Shown here piece by piece: positions 36,489-45,597 of a stretch of DNA of 64,000 bases. The first letter of the stretch is position 1, and every line of letters begins with the position of its first letter. Under the pieces are notes generated by a model. The model made no database searches and was not told the origin of the DNA. It worked only from the letters and a program-made list of their open reading frames with translations. This DNA comes from Dehalococcoidia bacterium (GTDB lineage: Bacteria > Chloroflexota > Dehalococcoidia > Lucifugimonadales > QGNO01), in contig CBDCQF010000009.1 in the NCBI GenBank assembly GCA_965220545.1, positions 148,660-212,659 of the forward strand. Direction: 5' to 3'. The translations under genes were made by a program, and so were the position numbers.

Positions 36489-37484
36489 CTATGATAGTTG
36501 AGCATAGATGTTGCGGTAGAGGGCTTCGGGAGCGGGAAAGGGGCTCTCCTCAGCAAACGCTATGCTCTCCTCTACCTCTTTCTCCACCTCTTCACTGATG
36601 GCATCCAGCTTCTTCTGAGTGGTCATTTTGCTGGACAAAAGCCACTCACCATACTGCGTAATCGGGTCAAGCTTTCTGTACTCGGCCTCTTCATCCTTGG
36701 ACCGGTACAGTACGGGGTCAGCCATGGAGTGTCCACGGAACCGGTAGGTGCGCGCTTCCAAGAAATACGGGCCTTTGCCGGAACGCACGTGCTGCACGGC
36801 TGTCTCTGCGGCCTCTCTGACGGCAAGGACATCCATTCCGTCGACCTGGGCGGAGGCTATGCCGTAGGATTCGGCCATCTTGTGCAGCTGGGTATTGGAC
36901 ATAGATTGGCTCAACGGAATACCCATGCCGTAAAGATTGTTTTCGCAAATGAACAGAACGGGAAGGTCCCACAGCGCGGACATGTTCAATACTTCGTGGG
37001 CCTCGCCTTCATTGAGAGCGCCATCGCCAAAGAATGTGGCCACCAACCTGTTGTCCTTCAAGTAGTTGAAAGCAAATCCCATGCCGGATGAAAGGGGCAG
37101 ATGCCCCGCGACAATTGCGTATCCGCCGGCAAAATTCAACGAGGCATCAAAGAGGTGCATGGAACCGCCCATTCCCTTGGAGCAGCCGGTAGCTTTGCCA
37201 AAGAGCTCCGCCATCACCGCATTGGCGGACAGTCCCCTTGCCAGGGCGTGTCCGTGATCCCTGTAATGGGTAGTGATGTAGTCATCTTTGTCAAGGGCAT
37301 CTATAGCCCCTACCGCCACGGCCTCTTGACCAATGTACAGATGCAAGAAGCCCCTGATCTTACCCAGCATGTACTGTTCCGCGGCCCGTTCTTCAAACAC
37401 TCTGAGCAACATCATCTGCCTATAGAAGTCAACCAGGGTTGCCTTGTCCAACTGCTCCGCGACCTTGTAGGTAGTACTCTTCAT
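36489..37484 (-). CDS. pdhA: Pyruvate/2-oxoacid dehydrogenase E1 component alpha subunit (TPP-binding)
   Basis: 331 aa. Contains YRDHGHAL, GKGGSMH-like (GMGGSMHLF), the TPP motif FFGDGALNEG and ICENN.YGM. Confidence 0.9.
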   Translation of the reverse strand: MKSTTYKVAEQLDKATLVDFYRQMMLLRVFEERAAEQYMLGKIRGFLHLYIGQEAVAVGAIDALDKDDYITTHYRDHGHALARGLSANAVMAELFGKATGCSKGMGGSMHLFDASLNFAGGYAIVAGHLPLSSGMGFAFNYLKDNRLVATFFGDGALNEGEAHEVLNMSALWDLPVLFICENNLYGMGIPLSQSMSNTQLHKMAESYGIASAQVDGMDVLAVREAAETAVQHVRSGKGPYFLEARTYRFRGHSMADPVLYRSKDEEAEYRKLDPITQYGEWLLSSKMTTQKKLDAISEEVEKEVEESIAFAEESPFPAPEALYRNIYAQLS

Positions 37485-37498
37485 AGCGCCTTTTCCAC

Positions 37499-38899
37499 CT
37501 ATATGTGAATAGCCTCGCCGTCCGCAGCGAGAGCAGCTTCTTTCAATGTTTCGGAAATAGTGGGATGTGAATGGACCACCCAGCCTATCTCTTTAGTGGT
37601 ACCCTCCAAGTGATGCCCCAACGACCATTCGGCCAGCATCTCCGTCACATCGGGGCCTATCATGTGAGCGCCCAGTATCTCACCGTAGTTCTTATCGGCA
37701 ACGACCTTTGTCATCCCCTCAACGTCGCCTATGGCCATTGCTTTGCCGCTGGCCTGGAAGGGGAACTTGCCAACCTTCACATCATATCCTTGCTCTCTAG
37801 CCTGCTGCTCCGTAAGGCCAAAGCTGGCAACCTGAGGGTGGCAGTACGTGGCCCTGGGCATGAACTGGTAGTCCAGAGGGGCTGTGTCCAATCCGGCTAT
37901 CCGTTCGGCCGTCATCACTCCCTGCGCCATTCCCACGTGGGCCAGCAGCATGATACCAGTTACATCGCCTATGGCATATACGCCGGGAACGTTTGTAGCC
38001 ATTTCAGAGTTGACTTTGACAAACCCGCGGTCAAGCTCAAGGGCTATTTTGCTTGCTCCAATCTCTTCCGTATTGGCCTGGACCCCGGCCGCAATTAGCA
38101 CCAGGTCACATTCCAAAGTGGTGGTTTCCTTTTCTCCCTGGATCTCAAGGCTAATCCCCTTCTTCTTCACATCCGCTTTGGACACCTTGGCAGACGTGTG
38201 GAACTTGATGCCTTGGCGAGTAAACGACCGCTCCAAGAAACGGCTGATATCTTGGTCTTCATTAGGAAGGAGATGGGGCAGTAGCTCCACTATTGTGACT
38301 TCAACACCGTAGGCGTTCCACAGGTAGGCGAACTCCGCGCCGGTAGCGCCTCCACCCACAATGACCACCTTCTTGGGAAGTTCCCGCAGCTCCAGGGCTT
38401 CCCTGCTGGTGATGACCTGCTTTTTGTCGATCTCAAGTCCCGGGATGGAGCGGGCGCGGGCGCCGGTGGCAATGATGATGTTGGAAGCGGTGATCTTCTG
38501 CCCGTCGGGAGATATCTCCAGGGTATTCGCATCAGAAAAGGCGGCGTGTCCTTTGATATGCTGGACTTTGTTCTTCCTCAGCAGAGAAGCCACACCCTTG
38601 GTCAATGTGTCCACCACCCGCCTGCTTCTGTCTATGGCTTTGCCAAAGTCGGCTTGGATGTTGTCCACGGTGATGCCAAAGGCTTCCGCCCTGTGGAAAA
38701 GTTCCAAGACCTCAGCGTTTTTTAAGAGAGCTTTGCTGGGGATGCAACCCCAGTTCAAGCAAACTCCGCCTAGGGTATCGTCTCTTTCAATAACGGCAGT
38801 CTTCAGACCCAGTTGCCCGGCTCTTATTCCCGCGACATATCCACCCGGTCCGGAACCTATAATTGCAACATCATAATCAGGCACTCGCTGCTCCATCAC
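37499..38899 (-). CDS. lpdA: Dihydrolipoyl dehydrogenase (E3)
   Basis: 466 aa. Contains FAD motif IIGSGPGGYVAA-like, redox-active GGVCLNWGCIPSK, NAD motif VVIVGGGATGAEFA and a C-terminal HSHPT.SE. Confidence 0.9.
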   Translation of the reverse strand: MMEQRVPDYDVAIIGSGPGGYVAGIRAGQLGLKTAVIERDDTLGGVCLNWGCIPSKALLKNAEVLELFHRAEAFGITVDNIQADFGKAIDRSRRVVDTLTKGVASLLRKNKVQHIKGHAAFSDANTLEISPDGQKITASNIIIATGARARSIPGLEIDKKQVITSREALELRELPKKVVIVGGGATGAEFAYLWNAYGVEVTIVELLPHLLPNEDQDISRFLERSFTRQGIKFHTSAKVSKADVKKKGISLEIQGEKETTTLECDLVLIAAGVQANTEEIGASKIALELDRGFVKVNSEMATNVPGVYAIGDVTGIMLLAHVGMAQGVMTAERIAGLDTAPLDYQFMPRATYCHPQVASFGLTEQQAREQGYDVKVGKFPFQASGKAMAIGDVEGMTKVVADKNYGEILGAHMIGPDVTEMLAEWSLGHHLEGTTKEIGWVVHSHPTISETLKEAALAADGEAIHI

Positions 38900-39174
38900 A
38901 AGATTTCGCCATAGTATAAGTTTGTTACTACCCGTAATGTCTAGAGCTTAGAAGCTTTGGCTAGGCCATCATAGAGAATAACTATGGGAGCCAGAAATGT
39001 TATCAATGGCTCATAGGCAATCTATAGGATATCAGGTTAATTCTCAATCCGCTCTGGGAGGAATATTCAAAGATTAAGGCAAAATTGGACAGAAATCATG
39101 CCTAAATGACTAGCCTAAGCCGCATAAGTCTGGTATAAATTATAACGAACATTTCCTGAATAGGAGGAATCATA

Positions 39175-39315
39175 ATGCAAGGTTATTGCGTTAAGTGCCG
39201 AGCATCAAGGGAGATTGGGAACCCACAGTCTATTACGATGAAGAATGGGCGTCCCGCCACGCAGGGAGTTTGCGGCACCTGCGGCACCAAGATGTTCAAG
39301 ATTGGCAAAGCGTAA
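39175..39315 (+). CDS. Small zinc-ribbon protein (DUF5679-like), 46 aa
   Basis: Below the ORF-track length cutoff. AGGAGG lies 7 nt upstream of the ATG. The product is MQGYCVKCRASREIGNPQSITMKNGRPATQGVCGTCGTKMFKIGKA, with CxxC...CxxC. A strong terminator follows. Confidence 0.6.
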   Translation: MQGYCVKCRASREIGNPQSITMKNGRPATQGVCGTCGTKMFKIGKA

Positions 39316-39395
39316 GTTTGACCGATTTATCTCGCATCTTTCAGATTAGTTTAGAAGCGCGAGGTATTCCTTTTTAACGCTTCTGCATATATTGG

Positions 39396-39446
39396 CCCAG
39401 GGCAGCCTAAGCTGGCGTTTCAGATAGGTTGCTCTGGGTCTTTTTT
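39396..39446 (+). terminator. Rho-independent terminator after the small zinc-ribbon gene
   Basis: CCCAGGGCAGCC ... GGTTGCTCTGGG forms a 12-bp stem including two G-U pairs, with a 19-nt loop, followed by TCTTTTTT. Confidence 0.5.
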
Positions 39447-39481
39447 GACGGGTTAGTACAACCCTATCAAGCTTTGTTCTT

Positions 39482-40681
39482 ATGATTGTTGGAGTGCCTA
39501 CAGAGACTTACCCTAACGAGCGCCGCGTGGCTCTTGTGCCTGCGGTGGTGCCCATGCTTTCTCGCATTCAAGTGGACACCGTTGTTCAAGCAGGCGCGGG
39601 CAATGAAGCGGGCTTCCCGGATCAACTATATGCGGAACAAAACGCGCAGATAGCCAAGAGCCGTGAAGAGGTCTTTGATTCCGCCGACGTTATACTGCAG
39701 GTGCGCGGACCCGGCGCCAACGCTGATGCCGGCAAGGACGACGTAGCCTTACTGAAATCGGGGCAAGTCCTTATTGCGTTGCTGGACCCTCTCAACTCCC
39801 TTGAATCAGCGCGAGAGTTAGCAGAAAAGGGCGTTACCGCATTCGCGCTGGAGATGGTGCCCAGAATCAGCCGGGCCCAATCCATGGATGCCCTAACCTC
39901 CCAAGCCACCATAGTTGGCTACAAAGCGGTCCTGCTGGCGGCTGAGGGTCTGAACAAGATATTCCCTATGATGATGACGGCCGCGGGCACCATTACACCC
40001 GCCAGGGTCTTTGTGGTTGGGGCCGGTGTAGCCGGGCTGCAAGCCATTGCCACCGCCCACCGTCTAGGAGCGGTGGTCCAGGGTTACGATATTAGACCCG
40101 ACGTAAAGAACCAAGTGGAAAGCCTGGGCGCAAAATTCGTGCAGATTGAACTGGAGACGGAAGGAGCCGAGGCAACGGGTGGATACGCCCAGGCCATGGG
40201 CGAGGAGTTCTACACACGCCAGCGCGAGTTACTGGCAAACGTGGTGGCCGATAGCGACGTTGTCATCACCACTGCCGCCGTTCCCGGAAGGAAGGCGCCC
40301 ATCTTGATAACGGAAGAGATGGTCAAAGCCATGAGCCCGGGCTCCGTGATAGTAGACGTGGCAGCTGAAGGCGGAGGCAATTGCGAACTGACAAAGCCGT
40401 CTGAAACAGTAGAAGAGCACAACGTCACAATCATGGGACCAACAAACATGGCATCCTCCATTCCATTACACGCCAGCCAGATGTACGCCAGGAACCAGCT
40501 TTCCTTCCTCCGCAATATAGTCAAGGATGGAGAGTTGAATCTGGACATGTCCGACCAGATTACAAGGGAGAGCTTACTCACCCATAGCGGTGAGGTGGTA
40601 AACAATCGTGTGCGGGAGATGCTGGGCATGTCTCCACTTGATGAAGGTGAAGGAGCAATGAAGGAAGGGAGCGAGTCCTGA
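39482..40681 (+). CDS. pntAA: NAD(P) transhydrogenase alpha subunit, part 1 (dI)
   Basis: 399 aa. Alanine-dehydrogenase/PNT fold with VVGAGVAGLQAIATA Rossmann motif and SRAQSMDALSS-like (SRAQSMDALTSQ). Confidence 0.9.
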   Translation: MIVGVPTETYPNERRVALVPAVVPMLSRIQVDTVVQAGAGNEAGFPDQLYAEQNAQIAKSREEVFDSADVILQVRGPGANADAGKDDVALLKSGQVLIALLDPLNSLESARELAEKGVTAFALEMVPRISRAQSMDALTSQATIVGYKAVLLAAEGLNKIFPMMMTAAGTITPARVFVVGAGVAGLQAIATAHRLGAVVQGYDIRPDVKNQVESLGAKFVQIELETEGAEATGGYAQAMGEEFYTRQRELLANVVADSDVVITTAAVPGRKAPILITEEMVKAMSPGSVIVDVAAEGGGNCELTKPSETVEEHNVTIMGPTNMASSIPLHASQMYARNQLSFLRNIVKDGELNLDMSDQITRESLLTHSGEVVNNRVREMLGMSPLDEGEGAMKEGSES

Positions 40682-40682
40682 C

Positions 40683-40964
40683 ATGGAAATCTTCATAGCA
40701 GGGCTGACCATATTCGTGCTGGCCGTCTTTGTGGGCTTTGAAGTCATCACCAAAGTGCCGCCCCTGTTGCATACACCACTTATGTCGGGCGCCAACGCGA
40801 TGTCGGGGGTTACCCTGGTTGGAGCCGTGGTGGCCGCGGGCGTGGAAGAGCCGGTAATCGCCAGCATTCTGGGCGTCATAGCCGTAGCGCTAGCCACGGT
40901 AAACGTAGTCGGTGGGTTCCTGGTAACCCATCGCATGCTTCAGATGTTCCGCAGGAAAGAATAG
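40683..40964 (+). CDS. pntAB: NAD(P) transhydrogenase alpha subunit, part 2 (membrane)
   Basis: 93 aa with three TM helices. Contains the PLHTPLMSG.NA.SG motif. Confidence 0.85.
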   Translation: MEIFIAGLTIFVLAVFVGFEVITKVPPLLHTPLMSGANAMSGVTLVGAVVAAGVEEPVIASILGVIAVALATVNVVGGFLVTHRMLQMFRRKE

Positions 40965-40966
40965 CC

Positions 40967-42370
40967 ATGTCCATCGAAGCTAGCATAGTAAACCTCATCT
41001 ACCTTATCGCCGCCGTCCTGTTCATCTTTGGGTTGAAGAACCTTTCCCACCCCCGGACCGCCGTAAGAGGCAATATCATGGGCGCCAGCGGCATGCTCCT
41101 TGCCATAATAATCACGCTGTTCGATCAGCAGATAGTGCGGTTTGAGCTGATCATAGTTGGCCTCATCATCGGCGCATCGATAGGAGTGGCGCTGGCGACG
41201 AGAGTGGCCATAACCTCCATGCCCCAGTTGGTAGCGCTGTTCAATGGCCTTGGCGGCGCCGCCTCAATGCTGGTGGCCGGCGCTGCTTTGGAGCAAGAGC
41301 TTTTTAGGGGGACCGCCCTGGGACTTCAGTTCTCAATAGCTTCCGGTCTCTCCGCCCTCATTGGATCGGTTACTTTGCTGGGCAGCTTGGTCGCCTTTGG
41401 CAAGCTGCAAGGCCTTATTACAGAGTCGCCCGTTTTGCTGCCGGGGCGTCACGTACTCAATATCGTGCTGGGGCTGGTCACTATTGGCTTGGTGATATGG
41501 CTAGCCATAGATCCCTCCAGCAGCATCCCGTTCTGGGCTCTGGTCGCAGTTGCAGCGGTGTTCGGCATCACCCTTGTCATACCCATTGGCGGCGCGGATA
41601 TGCCCGTGGTCATATCTTTGCTCAACTCCTATTCCGGCTTGGCCGCCGCCGCCACCGGCTTCGTTCTTGAAAATAACATGCTAATAATTGCAGGGTCGTT
41701 GGTGGGAGCCGCCGGCCTCATCCTGACCCGCATCATGTCCAAGGCCATGAACCGCTCTCTGACCAACGTTCTCTTTGCCGGAGTGGGAGCCGTGGCAGCC
41801 TCCGCGGCAGAGGCCGACGAAGTATACGGGGGCAAGATAAAGGCCGCAGTCGCCGACGAAATAGCCATGCTTATGGAAGACGCACGACGGGTTGTCATAG
41901 TGCCCGGTTACGGCATGGCGGTGGCGCAAGCTCAGTTCGCGGTGCGGGACCTGACCAATCTGCTGGATTCCAAAGGCGTGGAAGTTGAGTTTGCAATCCA
42001 CCCGGTGGCGGGCCGCATGCCCGGCCACATGAACGTGCTCCTGGCCGAGGTGAACATACCGTACGAGAAGCTGCGGGAGATGGACGACATAAATCCCAGC
42101 TTTGAGCAGACGGACATGGTGCTGGTGATTGGCGCCAACGACGTGGTGAATCCCGTGGCCAGAGACATGGACGATCCCTCCAATCCGATAGCCGGCATGC
42201 CCATATTGAACGTGGACCATGCGCGTACGGTAGTGGTAATCAAGCGCAGCTTGAGTCCCGGGTTTGCCGGTATACCCAACCCGCTCTTCTCCGCGGACAA
42301 CACCTTGATGTTCTTTGCGGATGCCAAGCAGGCCGCGTTAGACCTGGTCGCCGCGGTAAAAGAGGTCTAG
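40967..42370 (+). CDS. pntB: NAD(P) transhydrogenase beta subunit
   Basis: 467 aa. N-terminal multi-TM region plus a C-terminal dIII domain (VPGYGMAVAQAQ, HPVAGRMPGHMNVLLAE, GANDVVNP). Confidence 0.9.
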   Translation: MSIEASIVNLIYLIAAVLFIFGLKNLSHPRTAVRGNIMGASGMLLAIIITLFDQQIVRFELIIVGLIIGASIGVALATRVAITSMPQLVALFNGLGGAASMLVAGAALEQELFRGTALGLQFSIASGLSALIGSVTLLGSLVAFGKLQGLITESPVLLPGRHVLNIVLGLVTIGLVIWLAIDPSSSIPFWALVAVAAVFGITLVIPIGGADMPVVISLLNSYSGLAAAATGFVLENNMLIIAGSLVGAAGLILTRIMSKAMNRSLTNVLFAGVGAVAASAAEADEVYGGKIKAAVADEIAMLMEDARRVVIVPGYGMAVAQAQFAVRDLTNLLDSKGVEVEFAIHPVAGRMPGHMNVLLAEVNIPYEKLREMDDINPSFEQTDMVLVIGANDVVNPVARDMDDPSNPIAGMPILNVDHARTVVVIKRSLSPGFAGIPNPLFSADNTLMFFADAKQAALDLVAAVKEV

Positions 42371-42403
42371 CCTCAACGTCTGGGTGGATCTACTAGGAAT
42401 CTG

Positions 42404-42433
42404 TTGACACCAGTCCCCAATGGGGTTTATGAT
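42404..42433 (+). promoter_or_regulatory. Candidate sigma70 promoter of the 16S rRNA gene
   Basis: TTGACA (42404-42409), an 18-nt spacer, then TATGAT (42428-42433). It lies about 80 nt upstream of the mature 16S 5' end. Confidence 0.45.
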
Positions 42434-42510
42434 GCAAATGCAATCGGCCTTTGGCCGATGTTTTGCGCTTTTGGCACCTTAACAAGTGGATAGTGGAAGG
42501 AAGTAAGGTT

Positions 42511-44013
<1,503 letters not shown>

Positions 44014-44165
44014 GGGAGTCCCTTTGGGAATCCTAGGTCGGTGAGTGGGCGTATCCCCTACTCTTGCAGCTGCGGATTGACCGCCCGCAGCAGTGACGCT
44101 CACTCCGGTCGTTTCAACATTCGAACCAAAATCTTCCTTCCGCTATCTACCTGTTAAGGACAAAC

Positions 44166-44193
44166 AAAAACCCGGTGAAATCACCGGGTTTTT
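44166..44193. terminator. Bidirectional rho-independent terminator between the 16S gene and lexA
   Basis: AAAAACCCGGTGAaaTCACCGGGTTTTT. The stem is perfect, with an A-run on one side and a T-run on the other. Confidence 0.6.
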
Positions 44194-44216
44194 GCTTTCT
44201 AGGGGATACCAGGTAG

Positions 44217-44870
44217 TTAGCCCAGGTTTCTCAAGACGGCAACCACTTTGCCCTGCACTTCTATATTGTTTGCAGAAACAAATATAGGCTCCATTTGACT
44301 GTTGGCCGGCTGGAGACGCACCACCGTTCCATCATTGTAGATCCGCTTCAGCGTGGCCTCCTTCTCATTCTTCAGCCAGGCTACAACCATATCGCCGTCC
44401 TGAACGCTCTGCGCCGGCTGAATTACAACCACGTCGCCGTCGTCCACTAGAGCATCGATCATAGATGTGCCGCGCACCCGCAGGGCGTACAGGTTTGAGG
44501 TCCCCCTCACCCGCACACCGCCCAGCATGCCGTTGACCACGTCCACCTGGTCAACAGCGCTATCCGGCGCCCATCCTTCTGAAGTGGGCACCGGAATGGG
44601 CTCGCCGGCAGCTATGTAGCCCATGACAGGAACGGAAACGGCGTCCTTCTGCCGCTTGGCCCCCAAGACCTCGATGCCCCGGGATATCTCAGGAGAGCGG
44701 CGTATGTACCCCTCTTTCTGGAGGATCTTGAGGTTATAGTCCACCACGGAGGTTGAGCTTATGTCACAAGCATACTGAATGTCCCTGACCGTGGGAGGAT
44801 AACCCTGCTCCTCCAAGAACTCCTGTATCAGATTAAGGATCTTCTCTTGACGAACTGAAAGCTTTTTCAA
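44217..44870 (-). CDS. lexA: LexA repressor (SOS regulator, S24 peptidase)
   Basis: 217 aa. N-terminal winged HTH (LS.RQ..IL..I......GYPPTVRDI), cleavage site AAGEP, catalytic Ser in RGTSMID, and Lys in VVAWLKNEKEATLKR. TTG start with GGAGAGGA upstream. Confidence 0.9.
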   Translation of the reverse strand: MKKLSVRQEKILNLIQEFLEEQGYPPTVRDIQYACDISSTSVVDYNLKILQKEGYIRRSPEISRGIEVLGAKRQKDAVSVPVMGYIAAGEPIPVPTSEGWAPDSAVDQVDVVNGMLGGVRVRGTSNLYALRVRGTSMIDALVDDGDVVVIQPAQSVQDGDMVVAWLKNEKEATLKRIYNDGTVVRLQPANSQMEPIFVSANNIEVQGKVVAVLRNLG

Positions 44871-44903
44871 GGTATCCTCTCCAAATCAAAAGATCACGGG
44901 TAA

Positions 44904-44932
44904 ATAGTACGAATGTTCTTCCCGTTAGTCAA
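44904..44932 (-). promoter_or_regulatory. Candidate lexA promoter with an embedded SOS (Cheo-type) box
   Basis: The minus strand reads TTGACT-aacgggaaGAACATTCGTAC-TAT. That gives -35 TTGACT, a 17-nt spacer and -10 TACTAT. GAACATTCGTAC (plus 44907-44918) matches GAAC-N4-GTTC with one mismatch and overlaps the spacer and -10. Confidence 0.4.
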
Positions 44933-45029
44933 TGTAGCATACAGGAGAAAGACATGTCAATGACGCGGAGTTAGTTTCAATCGGTAAGGCCGAGGGCGCG
45001 TGCTAGACTAACGTCAGGAGGAATTAGAG

Positions 45030-45241
45030 ATGCGCACTATTGAGGTGGTCCTGTACCGCGAAAAAACAGTCTGGGTAGCCCAGGCCCTCAACGTGGACGT
45101 CTCATCATTCGGCGACACGCGGGAAGAAGCGAGAGCAGCCATTCAAGAGGCTCTGCAGCTCACTTTGAAGAGGCTCCGGATGCGGAGGTCATTGAAGTCG
45201 CCGAGGTAGAAATAGAGTCGGTAAGCCTTGGGGCTATATAG
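45030..45241 (+). pseudogene. HicB-like (UPF0150-type) antitoxin gene, apparently frameshifted
   Basis: AGGAGG lies upstream of ATG 45030. The first frame gives MRTIEVVLYREKTVWVAQALNVDVSSFGDTREEARAAIQEALQL, then turns into basic junk and stops at 45209. A shifted frame continues as HFEEAPDAEVIEVAEVEIESVSLGAI and stops at 45241, which is the expected family-like C-terminus. Confidence 0.35.
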
Positions 45242-45327
45242 CTTCTATACTGCGCCAGGCTGGCCTCAGTCGGGATGAGTTTGAGTCGATGATCCGTAGC
45301 TCACACAGGAGCGAACTTACAGCGCGT

Positions 45328-45579
45328 CTAAGCCAGCTTGGCAAGCCGTTTGGCCAGCCTTGACTTGCGCCTGGCCGCGTTGTTGGGGTGCAATACCCCC
45401 TTCCTTACTCCCACATCCAACACGGACGCAGCCCTGGCAACCGCATCGGCGGCTTGGTCTCTACTGTTAGAGTCCAGGGCACGCCTGGCTTCCGTAACGG
45501 CGTTCTTCGCCGAACTTCTGGCCGCCTTGTTGCGGACTGTCTTCTTGAGAGAAACACGGTGAGATTTTTCGCTTGGCAT
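45328..45579 (-). CDS. rpsT: 30S ribosomal protein S20
   Basis: 83 aa, highly basic and helical. Contains the S.KK..R.N..R....K and H.N.A.R.KSRL pattern. Confidence 0.9.
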   Translation of the reverse strand: MPSEKSHRVSLKKTVRNKAARSSAKNAVTEARRALDSNSRDQAADAVARAASVLDVGVRKGVLHPNNAARRKSRLAKRLAKLA

Positions 45580-45597
45580 ATGAATCCTTTGTCCTTA

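Noticed and set aside
39195-39377. 60-aa track ORF overlapping the small zinc-ribbon gene
   Set aside because: It is in the wrong frame. The 46-aa frame starting at 39175 has the RBS, the CxxC pairs and a terminator placed right after its stop.
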